Notes: generated by a model not told the origin, from the sequence alone. A stretch of 62,323 nucleotides of DNA, filler included, from an uncultured virus (IMG/VR IMGVR_UViG_3300005239_002389) (8 parts of one record of this genome joined end to end with filler, not necessarily neighbours in it), one strand, 5' to 3'; shown: positions 1-11,012, counted from the whole stretch's first letter. Program-made: numbers and translations.

Positions 1-1
1 A

Positions 2-895
2 CTCTCGGTCGAGTGGTACTCAGAAATGCGACGCTGGGAAAAAATGGTTAACAAAACCATCGAACCTTTGTTCGCTGACCCTGAATCACAGGAGCTCGTT
101 AAGGCTGCCTACATGGGGGTATTCCCAGAGAAAGACGCATTCGCTAAAGCGATCGAGATTCACGTAGTCGGACCTCACCCAGTATCTCTTGATGTAGCTT
201 CATCTCCTGGTCATACCCTTCAGGATCAGATAGCTTACGAAGCAGCCTGTAATACTCAGGCTGTCTACACCGCTGCGCAAAAGTCTGCGAAAGACAAAGT
301 CTGTAAACGATTTGCAGTCTTCATCGATGACTTAGACATTCGGAACAACAACAACGTTGGCGATCGTCAAACGGGTGGAAACTCCGATCGACGAGGCTCA
401 TGGGAAGTAGCTGCAGAAGAATTGGAAGTCATTGCTGACCACGTGCCTGGCTTAACTGCGGTTAAAGAAATTACTCGAAAAATCTTGACTCAAGGACGCA
501 GGATGAAGAACAGCAGCTTGAGTGCTCACGAACGAAGCGAAGCATTCACAACATTCAATCATTTACGAGAGGAGTTGCGAGCAGAGCTAACAACAATCGT
601 TGCAAGATCTGAATCCACTGAGGGGATGCGAGCTCTGCAAACATCACTCTCTGTTACCAGTGAGTATCAAAACATTCTGTCTGGTCTAAAACATTGTGCA
701 ACTGAAGAACAACTAGAGACAGTCCTCTTGCAAGCCAGCACTTTTACTGTTTGTAGTAATCAAAGAGTCAAAACGATCAATCAATTAGCTCAAAGACAAA
801 GAGAGTTTATTGCAGCAAAACATGTTAGTGTTGATAATGAGCTTAGTACTATTGAGCATCTTAAAAATGAAACAGAAGAAGACTGTGACTTCTAA
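2..895 (+). CDS. Hypothetical phage protein, 5'-truncated at the window edge, upstream of the MoxR ATPase
   Basis: Frame is open from base 2 (LSVEWYSEMRRWEK...); helical and charged; no motif recognised. Confidence 0.7.
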   Translation, partial: LSVEWYSEMRRWEKMVNKTIEPLFADPESQELVKAAYMGVFPEKDAFAKAIEIHVVGPHPVSLDVASSPGHTLQDQIAYEAACNTQAVYTAAQKSAKDKVCKRFAVFIDDLDIRNNNNVGDRQTGGNSDRRGSWEVAAEELEVIADHVPGLTAVKEITRKILTQGRRMKNSSLSAHERSEAFTTFNHLREELRAELTTIVARSESTEGMRALQTSLSVTSEYQNILSGLKHCATEEQLETVLLQASTFTVCSNQRVKTINQLAQRQREFIAAKHVSVDNELSTIEHLKNETEEDCDF

Positions 896-988
896 CACAT
901 ATTTCTGGCTCAAGGCAGCCAAGACAATTGATGGCCCCTACCGTCGCCCACGCCTCTCATTCCTGACACGATTACTCAACCTATTCAA

Positions 989-1948
989 ATGAACACTCAG
1001 CTCTTCAAAAACTTCCAAGATTTTCGAGCCCAGCTCAACAGCAGATTTCTTGAGCGCGAAGTCATCATCGATGGTCTACTTGCTTCCTTGATTACAAAAC
1101 AGAATGCATTTCTGTTCGGTGTCCCTGGTACTGGTAAGTCAGAGTTAGTAAGAGAAATAAGTAATGGCTTCAAAGGAACTCACTACTTTGGTTACCTGCT
1201 AAGCCCCACCACCGATCCATCTGAGTTGTTTGGCCCAGTTGCGGTGAGCAAACTCTTGAAGGATGAGTACACAAGAGACACAGAGGGTTACCTTCCTTCA
1301 GCAAACATTGCTTTCCTTGACGAACTGTTTCGAGGATCATCTGCTGTGCTTAACAGCCTGCTCACAATCCTCAACGAACGCACATTCAACAATGGCAAAG
1401 AAGTTATTCAAACACCGATCAACAGTATTGTTGCAGCTACAAACTCATTTCCCACTGAGGAAAGTTTGCAAGCTTTTCTAGATCGCTTCCTGTTCCGACC
1501 AACAGTAAATTTGCTTCAGAAACCAGTCAGCAAAAGGAAGTTAGATATGTGGTCGCTCAAGATTGAACCACGCCCAGAGGTTGTTTCAAAACTAACTCAA
1601 AAAGATCTCGTCGAGCTACAGAAACAAGCTGCTGAAATTAAACCAACATCGAAGTTTGCTGGTTTGTTCGGTGATGTCATGGAGAGATTAGAAGTTAGCG
1701 GCATCTACATCTCTGACCGTCGTCGAGTTCAGATCGTTCAATTCCTGCGCGGTTACGCAGTCGTCAAAGGTGAGACTGAGCTACATCAGCACATCCTTTT
1801 AGAGACTCTGCCTCACATCCTGTATCAATCTGAGGACGACAAAGAACTAATTCGTGAGCAGTTGGATGCAGCCATCGTCACTGGTAGCCGATTCGTAAAA
1901 GAGAACCAACATGCGGCAAACAGCATCATGCATGAGTTCTACAGCTGG
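989..1948 (+). CDS. MoxR/RavA-type AAA+ ATPase, 3'-truncated by a gap
   Basis: Walker A GVPGTGKS, Walker B FLDELFRG, VLNSLLTILNERTF and ESLQAFLDRF are RavA-like signatures. Confidence 0.9.
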
Positions 1949-1992
1949 NNNNNNNNNNNNNNNNNNNNNNNNNNNNNNNNNNNNNNNNNNNN

Positions 1993-2004
1993 TTAATTAA
2001 TTAA
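1993..2004. other. Artificial scaffold linker TTAATTAATTAA (also at 4068, 5736, 17148, 31705, 52841, 60802)
   Basis: Identical 12-mer with stops in all six frames, centred in 100-base N blocks. Confidence 0.95.
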
Positions 2005-2098
2005 NNNNNNNNNNNNNNNNNNNNNNNNNNNNNNNNNNNNNNNNNNNNAACAGGAGCTGACGACTCACTAAACTATTTTGTGAAGACTTGATCGCAGG

Positions 2099-3244
2099 TT
2101 GCCAGATGATTCAAAACTCCCGCGAGACTTATCTGGAGCTATTTCAGTCTCAAAGAATGCGCGAAAAGGGTTTAACCCAGGGTCCGGCGCTCAAGTGCTC
2201 AAATGCTTCGACGCTATCGGAATTGAGACGCCTAGAAGTATTACATCTGGAAAACCAACTCTCTCTCAAATCGAGTTAGCTGAGTTCAATAGTCAAGATG
2301 AAACGCTACTCCTTTACAGAAAAAGAACGAAGGTCGAAACCAAGTTGGGCCACGTTCAAAAACTTCTTGATAACATTCATCCTCTCAGTGGACGTATTCA
2401 TTCTGGGTATCGTCAGCTCGGGTCTAATAGTGGTCGGTTTACTAGCTCAGGTAGCAAACGAGTCGCTGCCTCCAAACGAAAAACTGAATTCGCAATAAAC
2501 TGCCAGCAGGTGCCAAGAGAAAAAGCATTCAGAGAGTGCTTCATTGCCACGCCTGGTTACAAGCTCATCGTCTGTGACTTCAGTCAGATCGAACTGAGGT
2601 TAGGCGCAGAGTTGATTCCAATTCCTCAAATGATGAAAGCTTTCCTTGAAGGTAAGGATCTTCATACGGTGACTGCAAGTTTGATCTACCAATGCAACTT
2701 TGATGAAGTAACTAAGGAACAGAGGCAGTCCGGCAAAACCATGAACTTTGCCCTACTTTACGGAATGGGTTATAAAAAATACAGAACATACAGCGCACAG
2801 AGTGGAACTGTTCTGTCTTACTCAGAAGCCAAGCTTGAGCATGCTGCCTTCCACAGGGCATACCCAGCGTTGAAAACTTGGCACAAGTCCATGGCTGACT
2901 TGGTGTCCGATGGTTGGACTTACTCACGCACAGCTACAGGAAGACGAAGACTACTCAGTTACGACGACGCATCCATGATGGTGGCGTGTAACAACATTAT
3001 TCAAGGAGCTGGAGCTGACATTCTCAAGATCGCTCTTTCCTATCTCGTCAAACACTTGAGTGACGAGTGCAGACTCATAGCATGTGTACATGATGAAATC
3101 GTCATCGAAGCCAAGCATGACAAAGTTGATCATTACAAAACAATCTTGGAAGACTGTATGAAACAAGGCGGAGAGAAAATCCTAAAAGAAGTACCTGTTC
3201 TCGCTGATGCTGCTTCTGGAGACAATTGGGCAGAAGCAAAGTAA
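2099..3244 (+). CDS. polA: Family A DNA polymerase, polymerase domain; N-terminus lost in the gap
   Basis: Motif A DFSQIELR, motif B RQSGKTMNFALLYG, motif C VHDEIV, plus SGRFTSS. Confidence 0.95.
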   Translation: MPDDSKLPRDLSGAISVSKNARKGFNPGSGAQVLKCFDAIGIETPRSITSGKPTLSQIELAEFNSQDETLLLYRKRTKVETKLGHVQKLLDNIHPLSGRIHSGYRQLGSNSGRFTSSGSKRVAASKRKTEFAINCQQVPREKAFRECFIATPGYKLIVCDFSQIELRLGAELIPIPQMMKAFLEGKDLHTVTASLIYQCNFDEVTKEQRQSGKTMNFALLYGMGYKKYRTYSAQSGTVLSYSEAKLEHAAFHRAYPALKTWHKSMADLVSDGWTYSRTATGRRRLLSYDDASMMVACNNIIQGAGADILKIALSYLVKHLSDECRLIACVHDEIVIEAKHDKVDHYKTILEDCMKQGGEKILKEVPVLADAASGDNWAEAK

Positions 3245-3281
3245 GTCTGATAACCTCATGGCAATATAACGATACAGCTCA

Positions 3282-3845
3282 GTGGAAATCACCAATATTC
3301 CCTTGGAAAAAAAGATTTTTACCGCTAAGACAGACTATGGGTTCGTGGGTTGTTGCAGGATCGACCAAGGGATTGTCTTCACCGCCGAGTCGTTCCCTAA
3401 GGCACTGGCCGCTGCTAACGCTGCGCGGAAGCTTAAAAAAGAACTAGGCGATAGCAGTAAACAAGCAGTAGTTGACTCACCATTAGTCAAGAAACAACTC
3501 ACGGCGTCTAAAAACCCTGTAGTACCTGTTACCTCTTCTAAACACAAAGAGAAGAAAAGAGCTAAAAAAACTAGAAATACCTATGTTGGTACCTTATATA
3601 CCACCGACGAAGTAGAAAAAATGCCACTGCTTCGTTTCAAAGAGGTTTGGGTGATAACTCGCTATGAAGACTATGTGTCAGATGCTCTTAATGGAGACAA
3701 AAAATGTTTAGTAGCTTACTGTCAAAGAAAAGAGCAAGCTAAACCGTTTAAAAACTATGAAGAGGCTAATAGAATTATGCGTACTCTAAAAGCAACAGTT
3801 GGTCCTGGGTTCAGCCTTCAACGGTTTTTCGTCAGGACAGATTAA
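3282..3845 (+). CDS. Hypothetical basic protein
   Basis: 187-aa ORF co-oriented with the replication genes. Confidence 0.7.
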   Translation: MEITNIPLEKKIFTAKTDYGFVGCCRIDQGIVFTAESFPKALAAANAARKLKKELGDSSKQAVVDSPLVKKQLTASKNPVVPVTSSKHKEKKRAKKTRNTYVGTLYTTDEVEKMPLLRFKEVWVITRYEDYVSDALNGDKKCLVAYCQRKEQAKPFKNYEEANRIMRTLKATVGPGFSLQRFFVRTD

Positions 3846-4127
3846 GACTGTTAAACTGTAAACCAAAGGCGACACTTAGAGAATGACCTCCTCCAGCGTT
3901 ACTCGTTCTAGATCTCGTAGAACTTTGCAGATCTGATGAATGGAGAAGATAGAGAAGTACACAGTTTGGTGATGACGTAGCGGTTTCTTCTGCTGGTAGT
4001 AGCAATCTAAGCAGTATTGCCGANNNNNNNNNNNNNNNNNNNNNNNNNNNNNNNNNNNNNNNNNNNNTTAATTAATTAANNNNNNNNNNNNNNNNNNNNN
4101 NNNNNNNNNNNNNNNNNNNNNNNGTCG

Positions 4128-4155
4128 TTGACTTTGACTAATGAATAGTTAGATT
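4128..4155 (+). promoter_or_regulatory. Sigma70-like promoter
   Basis: TTGACT-N16-TAGATT, 23 nt before ATG 4179. Confidence 0.45.
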
Positions 4156-4178
4156 GATCCGAAGTTCTGAGTTAAGTC

Positions 4179-4376
4179 ATGACTGTCGAATCACCTACTC
4201 TACTCTCGTCATTTATTGGCGAGAAAGGCACAGAAGGTCTCGTTGGCCTTAAAGCACTTAACCGTGCTCGTAGCTGGGGTTACACAGACGACATGATTAA
4301 GTCGATGCTCGCTGAAGAAAAGCTTGGTCTTGGCTGGAAAGCCGCTGCAAGCCTCTTCGGTATCGAAGTTGTATGA
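4179..4376 (+). CDS. Small hypothetical protein
   Basis: 65 aa; its stop overlaps the next start (ATGA). Confidence 0.65.
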   Translation: MTVESPTLLSSFIGEKGTEGLVGLKALNRARSWGYTDDMIKSMLAEEKLGLGWKAAASLFGIEVV

Positions 4377-4917
4377 AAAATACACGCTGATCGGATTTAG
4401 AAACAAGAAGACTAGATCGATTGGCGTTATAGCTAACGACAGCAACCACGCGCAAGCTCAAGCTCTTGACATCAGTCGAGCACTTGGGCTTGAGCGTTTC
4501 ACATTGGACTACAAACAAAAAAGTGTAAAGGACCCAGTAAGCAAACTTTTCTTGGACCTCGCATACAATAACTTCAGCCATTCAGTTTGCTACGAGTGGA
4601 AAGGGTCTTACACAAACAACTCTCCAGTGCTGTATGCCTTTGGTGCTCGCCTGTACCTTAGGAACCTCATACTCGACTACATGGATATCAGAAAGGACAG
4701 CGTTGTCAAGACTAAATGCAATAACAAAGAATGTGTAAACCCATACCACTTTCTATACAAGACAGACAAAGCATCAAAATTAACTGGCGGGGATAAGCGA
4801 ATACTGCTAGCTTTCCGTAGCCAAGGTGCTTCTGTCTCGCAGATCGCCAAGGCACTAAACGTACATCGATCTACCGTCTACCGAAACCTCAATGAACATC
4901 TTCATGCTGGGCCTTAG
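4373..4917 (+). CDS. Degenerate HNH/His-Cys zinc-loop domain fused to a C-terminal HTH
   Basis: CYEWKG...KCNNKECVNPYHF, then SVSQIAKALNVHRSTVYRNL. True start is probably ATG 4373 (MKKYTL) with one A missing from the homopolymer. Confidence 0.75.
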
Positions 4918-5539
4918 GGTCACAGACACTGCTCGAGAGCAGGAAGGACTTGTCGACCTAATCACTGAAGCTCTACCTTCAAGCGACAAAAAAATCCCCA
5001 CAAAAGTCCAACTCCTAGACAAACCTGGAACCTACGTAGCCAACCAGCTCAAAAAATTTCAGGAAGGAGATCATATCCTTGCTATCGGACCAACCAAACC
5101 GATCGCAGATGGTGAAGGTCTCAAGATGAAACCCATGATGGTAGTCACCAAAGAAAACTTTGACGACATCCTTGTCATGAACATGTTTATGGCCACGGGT
5201 GGTCTTGGTCCCAAAGCGGATGAAGTCCAGTTGGGAGACAACACTGTGACTAATCGCTCGATCGCGTGGCAAGATGAGGACAAAGAAACCCAGTGGTTCA
5301 AACTCACAGCCTGGGGTGAAAAAAGCAAACAACTCTCGGAGCTGCCACCTGGCACCCCGACTGTCGCCGTAGGTAAGGTCTCGTGTTCTTCAAAGGAAGA
5401 TAAGCAGTTCCTTAACTACTCAGTGGATAAGGTGCTTTATCTTCCACGCGGAACCAAGCCCACTCCCAAGAAAGCTTCTGATCCTGATAAGGGCAAAGTA
5501 GCTGGCTCTGCTCTCGGGACAGTTGACTTCGACTTCTAA
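4892..5539 (+). CDS. Single-stranded DNA-binding protein, probably tandem OB folds
   Basis: TQWFKLTAWGEKSKQLSELPPGTPTVAVGKV is SSB-like; the N-half is similar; acidic/aromatic C-terminus DFDF. Confidence 0.7.
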   Translation: MNIFMLGLRVTDTAREQEGLVDLITEALPSSDKKIPTKVQLLDKPGTYVANQLKKFQEGDHILAIGPTKPIADGEGLKMKPMMVVTKENFDDILVMNMFMATGGLGPKADEVQLGDNTVTNRSIAWQDEDKETQWFKLTAWGEKSKQLSELPPGTPTVAVGKVSCSSKEDKQFLNYSVDKVLYLPRGTKPTPKKASDPDKGKVAGSALGTVDFDF

Positions 5540-5575
5540 AGCTGACTCTTTGTTCTACATTTCTACAACCGACTC

Positions 5576-5691
5576 ATGCCGTACATCGCTGGAAAATTCG
5601 ACGCTGACGAAATCCTTTGTCAAGTTCCGCCCCACATCATACGAATTGATCTTCAGCTCGTCGCTGGAAATCCGATAACGATCCTGACTCA
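5576..5691 (+). CDS. Hypothetical protein, N-terminal fragment running into a gap
   Basis: MPYIAGKFDADEILCQVPPHIIRIDLQ after an A/C-rich leader. Confidence 0.55.
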
Positions 5692-5791
5692 NNNNNNNNN
5701 NNNNNNNNNNNNNNNNNNNNNNNNNNNNNNNNNNNTTAATTAATTAANNNNNNNNNNNNNNNNNNNNNNNNNNNNNNNNNNNNNNNNNNNN

Positions 5792-6288
5792 ACGCACCAC
5801 TTGCCAACAAAGGAATCGTGACCGGCACAGTGCTGGTGGTCAACGACCAGGAGCAAACTCTGGAGACTCAGATAAAAAAGGTAGGGTGTGACGTTTACTC
5901 CTGCACGTTAGACGATTTAGTCGAAGGCAATCAAATAAACCAACTTCCGAAAATCGACTGGCTCGTGTGTGTGACACAAGGGTTAGGTAAGAAAACTGAA
6001 TGGGTTATGGATGTAGGCATGAAGTTACCCGCTGAAGGCTTTTGTCTCTTGGACAGACTTAGTTTTCTTGAGCCCACGCGCTCTCGAGAACTGCTACTAA
6101 CGTCTCATTCCCTAAGAAATCTGATTGTTCTATCGCCACGTCCTGCGTTCCGTGCGGATAATAAACAAGCAAAAGATTCAGTGACATCTGCGTGGTTTAT
6201 ATTCTCCAATAACTCAACGAACAAAATGAACACAGAAATAGATTTTGCACTAAACTGGCAGCGACCTGAGACTCTATGTAGTGTCTAG
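5792..6288 (+). CDS. DNA adenine-methyltransferase-like protein with degenerate motifs, 5'-truncated
   Basis: LDRLSFLEPTRSR...RPAF...DSVTSAWFIF resembles the C-half of small phage MTases; the NPPF/Y motif is replaced (DWLVCVTQGL). Confidence 0.55.
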
Positions 6289-6589
6289 TGATTTCAAAGA
6301 GCTTTTGTCTAAGTTGGTCGACATACAAGTCGAGCAAAGCAGTAAACTTGACAAAATAGCTGCACTTCTTTTAAGCAATCAGCTGCTGATTGAGTGTATC
6401 GATAACAACGGTAAGCCTAGAGACGCAGATACAGCAGGGGAAATAGTTTCTGAATCATTCTCTGCAGGACTCTGTCTCTTAGGTGAGCTAGAGAACAGGA
6501 ACAAGCAATATCTGTATCAGATGCAAGAGTTTTTTATAGATGACAAGCAGACTTCGATCGAAAATGACGACCTCACTAATCCTTTTTGA
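6281..6589 (+). CDS. Acidic hypothetical protein
   Basis: 102-aa ORF overlapping both neighbours. Confidence 0.7.
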   Translation: MSSDFKELLSKLVDIQVEQSSKLDKIAALLLSNQLLIECIDNNGKPRDADTAGEIVSESFSAGLCLLGELENRNKQYLYQMQEFFIDDKQTSIENDDLTNPF

Positions 6590-7378
6590 GTAATTCTGTG
6601 AGTGATACACGTGTAACTATCAATGGTCTCAGGCATTACGTTTGTGGTGGAGTCCCTAAACCTCTCCCTAGTGTTACCTCGATCCTGAGCGCTACACAGT
6701 CAGAAGAGCAGCAAAGAAAACTAGCTTACTGGAACAAAATGAATCCAGGAGTTGCTGACTCTGCTGCAACAAGGGGAACATGGATACACAATGCGGTAGA
6801 AAATCACATCACTGGCCTGAGAGTGGTGCCTCCTAATGACTACTTCCCTTTCTGGAAAGGAATGCCAGAAAGAATAGATGCCCTCCTCGAAGGGGGAAAA
6901 GTACTGTGGTCAGAGCGACCCTACCAGCAACCACGCTGGAACAAATACGTAGGGGATGACGGAGTAGGACGTATCTTTTATTACGACACCACACGTCAAC
7001 AAGGATATGCAGGTTGCTGCGATCTTATTTACGAAGACGCAAACGGTGAAATTATCCTTGCTGACTTCAAAACGTCCAACGGTCCTTACGCTGCGAAGTT
7101 CCCACCGAAGGACGCAGATATCGATACAAAAACGAGAAAAGCTTTAATTTCAGGAGCATTCAAGGCCAAGAAGACACGTCTGCAACTAGCTGCATACAAA
7201 CTGCAGCAGAAGAGTGCCTGGATATAAAGATCTCTAAGACGCAGATAATCGTAACTACTGCTGTAGAGCAGTTCAGTACGCAAGTATTACTTTTGGTGAA
7301 AAAATGGTGGAGAAAGACGAAAAGAAATGGATGGAACTAGTCGGGCAATATTATGATATGCAGGCAGCGAGCGTCTAA
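6586..7378 (+). CDS. PD-(D/E)XK exonuclease (Cas4/MGME1-like); 3' part frameshifted, probably by sequencing error
   Basis: PSVTSIL, RGTWIH, YAGCCDL, ADFKTS, LQLAAY; alternative frames continue AAEECLDIKISKTQIIVT...WMELVGQYY to a stop near 7378. Confidence 0.85.
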
Positions 7379-7412
7379 GCTACCGAAAGGCTACGGCTCA
7401 CCGTTGCACCCC

Positions 7413-7441
7413 TTGCGCATACTCCGCATAGGAATCATAAT
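7413..7441 (+). promoter_or_regulatory. Sigma70-like promoter for the primase-helicase
   Basis: TTGCGC-N17-CATAAT, 21 nt before ATG 7463. Confidence 0.5.
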
Positions 7442-7462
7442 ACTAGACCAAGCTGACATCAA

Positions 7463-10134
7463 ATGAATTTTTCATGCTCCATCAACAATGTAGTCGCACG
7501 GTATGTCGACAGTGAGACAGGTAAGATTCTTCAGGGTGGTAACTTCCAGGCTTTCAATAAAAATTGGGAAGCTCTAGAACTAGACGCACAAGAAATTTCC
7601 GAGTATGTAGCTCTCAAAGCTGGTCTTTGTGCCTGGCAATTACAAGATGGTAAGAGAGAGTCAAAGAGCACAGGGTTAATACAGGCCGGTCTTATTATCG
7701 TTGACATAGATAATCAAGCAGACAAAAAGGGACCTAATGGAGAAAAAATTCAGCAACAAGAACTTACATATGCTGAAGCTCTCGATCTCCCTATATGCCA
7801 GAAGTATCTCAGCTTTGCTTATGACTCACCTTCTGGGACAGAAAGTTGGCCCAGATTCAGACTCGTCTTCGGTTTAGAGAAACAAGTTCGAGATCCCAAG
7901 TTCTACCAGTGGTTTTCGAAGACCGTTGGCAAGCAGATACCTGGGTCGGACTTCAGAGCTTTTTCGGTTCCTCACTTGTTCTACGGAGCCCACGGGGCAG
8001 AAGGAATCCTCACAGTCACAGATAAATTCATCCCTTCTTCTGTCATTGACCAGGCTTACTTAGATTATTTTGCTTTAGAAGTCGACCAGGAAGAGGAAGA
8101 CGAAAGCGATGGTTACACTATTCTTTCCCGCAACAACACCAGCCCAGACGGTCTCGACTTAACGAAACTGTGCTCTCAGCTAGTAAGAAACGTACTTCAA
8201 GGACACGAAGTTGACGACCGAAGTGCCACCATGGCCAACGTCTTCAAGGAACTTATAGGGTGGTGTAACTGGCTTGATCTGCATAGTCTGTCAAGCAATG
8301 TATCTGGGTTGACAGTTGCGCAAGAAGCGTTCTACAATGTCTACAGTTACCCGCATGACCTAGACGGTAAGTTTCGTCGAATCCTAGATTCGATTAGAAA
8401 CGCATCCGACTTACTACCAGCAATCTCCTTGGCTTCAGAGCTAGGTGTGACTGCTTGCTGGAAGAAGGTAGCTCTCCTCGACCACGCTCTCTTTGAGCTT
8501 GTTGCCCCTCAAAAAGACCAAGAAAAATTGGCGCAGAGGCGACCGGGTCCTTCTAACAACATCTTGTCTTTAGACCAGTACGTTTTAGACAACACAACAA
8601 CAACAACACCACCTATGCCAAGCTCTAACACCTCGACTCAGAAAATCGATCTACCTGACGCCGGTGGCGATAAAGCAGCGTTCGCTGAGAATGATGTAGC
8701 AAATGCAATCAGCAACACTTTTGGTCATAACTTTGTCTACGACAGTATCCAAGACCGGTTCTACACCTATGACGAAGAGATGGGTGTGTGGTACTCGATG
8801 GACGAGCAGCACATCAAACAGAAAATTTGCTCTGCTCTCGACACCTTCGTCAAAGCAGGTTTAATTGCCAAGTACACCGCTACGACTATCGATTCAATTT
8901 TTAAAATCCTGAAAGGTAAATTCCTGAGGTCTCTCGACAACGGACGTAAGTCCATCTGGAGTACGAGTACAGGATATATCCCTTTCCACAACGGTGTGTA
9001 TGACACCAAAACAATGAAGTTCCAGGAGGGACTGCATAAAGACTTGTACATCAGAGCAAAACTAGGTTTTGATTACGACGCTCAGGCTTCGTGCCCCTCG
9101 TTTCTCAATTGGCTTGATACGTCACTGCGTAAAGACCAATCGGTATTGATTCAGGCTTACGCTCGTGCGCTTCTGACTGGGTACACATCAGGCGAACGCT
9201 TCCTTCACTTAGTGGGTCCTGGTGGGACGGGTAAGTCAACCATGCAGCAGTTGATGATTGCTCTTGCTGGCTTTACCTCGACCCACACGTCCTCCTTGGA
9301 GATCATCGAAACCAACAAGTTTGAAACGTATAACTTGATGGGCAAAAGACTTCTCCTGCTTACGGACGAATCGAGCTACAACAAACGAATGGACGTTCTG
9401 AAGAAATTGACTTCAGCGTCTGACACCCTCCGTGCTGAGCGTAAGTACGGCAAAGAAACCATCAGCTTTAAACCTGAGCTGCTGGTCTGTATCGCATCTA
9501 ACGAGCACATCTCTTCGAACGACTCAAGTTCGGGTCTCGAACGTCGTCGTCTCACGATTGTTATGGATAAGGTGGTGCCACCAAGCAGCAGGCGTCAGCT
9601 TCTCGATGTCTACGAAGATCGCATCGAAGGTGAGTTTGTGCCTGAGATGAGCGGCATCGTCTCGTGGGCACTCTCTATGAGTTTTGACAAAATGCGTGAT
9701 GTGCTTTCGAACCCTGTTAAGCATGTTCCATCCTTGGCAGTAACGAACCTAGAGGCACTCAAAATCAACAACCCTTATGTGGCTTGGCTTGATGACTGCT
9801 GTCTCTACTCACCCAACACGACCACGCCGATTGGTAAAGGTGCTTTCAAAGCCTCAGCTGATGAGCAAGAGAGAGGACTAATCGTTAAGGATTCGTATGG
9901 TGAACTCTATGCAAGCTACGTTCAGTACTCACGTGCGTGTCAGTACAGACCTTGCAACAAACCAAATTTCACTGGACGTATAAAAGAGACACTTCAAAAC
10001 ATCCTTAAACTGCCAGCCTGTGGCAATATAGTGCATAGGAACGGAGGCATGTCCGTTCAAGGTTTACGACTTAAAAAGTATGACTTAACATCTGATCGAG
10101 CTTCTGTAGGCGACACAAGGCTTCCCACGCCTGT
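7463..10134 (+). CDS. Primase-helicase (N-terminal primase-like domain plus D5/P4-type SF3 helicase); 3' end in a gap
   Basis: IIVDIDN and SPSG...PRFRLVF in the N-terminus; IPFHNGVYD (D5_N), Walker A GPGGTGKS, LLLLTDE, AERKYGK, IASN, RRR. Confidence 0.9.
8309..8338 (+). promoter_or_regulatory. Near-consensus sigma70 promoter inside the primase-helicase gene
   Basis: TTGACA-N18-TACAAT. Confidence 0.5.
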
Positions 10135-10844
10135 NNNNNNNNNNNNNNNNNNNNNNNNNNNNNNNNNNNNNNNNNNNNNNNNNNNNNNNNNNNNNNNNNN
10201 NNNNNNNNNNNNNNNNNNNNNNNNNNNNNNNNNNNNNNNNNNNNNNNNNNNNNNNNNNNNNNNNNNNNNNNNNNNNNNNNNNNNNNNNNNNNNNNNNNNN
10301 NNNNNNNNNNNNNNNNNNNNNNNNNNNNNNNNNNNNNNNNNNNNNNNNNNNNNNNNNNNNNNNNNNNNNNNNNNNNNNNNNNNNNNNNNNNNNNNNNNNN
10401 NNNNNNNNNNNNNNNNNNNNNNNNNNNNNNNNNNNNNNNNNNNNNNNNNNNNNNNNNNNNNNNNNNNNNNNNNNNNNNNNNNNNNNNNNNNNNNNNNNNN
10501 NNNNNNNNNNNNNNNNNNNNNNNNNNNNNNNNNNNNNNNNNNNNNNNNNNNNNNNNNNNNNNNNNNNNNNNNNNNNNNNNNNNNNNNNNNNNNNNNNNNN
10601 NNNNNNNNNNNNNNNNTGTTTTTACTTTCCTCACTCCAAAAATGCTCTGGATGATCTCTCTAAAAATGCAGCTAACTGGGCACAGGCACAGAACAAACAG
10701 CTGCAGCTGGATTTAGATCAACACAAGAGAGCTCTTCAAATGATACAAGCTCAACAAGCTGCAACAGCTATGCAGACTAAAGCCCCTGATTTTGACAAAC
10801 CTGATCCTTGGGGTGGAGTTTCTCCTGGGCTATAGACTTATTAA

Positions 10845-11012
10845 ATGATCAGAATCCGAATGGCAGGAGGAGTAAAGCTCCCCGACAAAATGGATCCTCG
10901 GTTACTCAAGGCAGCCGAAGAAGCCATTCCTAGTAGCCCTAACGTCACAGTGTATGAAGGGATTTCCAACCGGACAATGCTGGTTCCTCGACTTCCGTCA
11001 ACGCTTCAGTGA
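10845..11012 (+). CDS. Possible small protein (MIRIRMAGGVKLPDKMDPRLL...), not in the ORF track
   Basis: 55-aa ORF with TAGACT just upstream; overlaps the thyX 3' end by 68 nt. Confidence 0.35.
   Translation: MIRIRMAGGVKLPDKMDPRLLKAAEEAIPSSPNVTVYEGISNRTMLVPRLPSTLQ

Noticed and set aside
6586..7378. Cas4-like nuclease as a sign of CRISPR-Cas
   Set aside because: Stand-alone PD-(D/E)XK exonuclease in a replication module; no array
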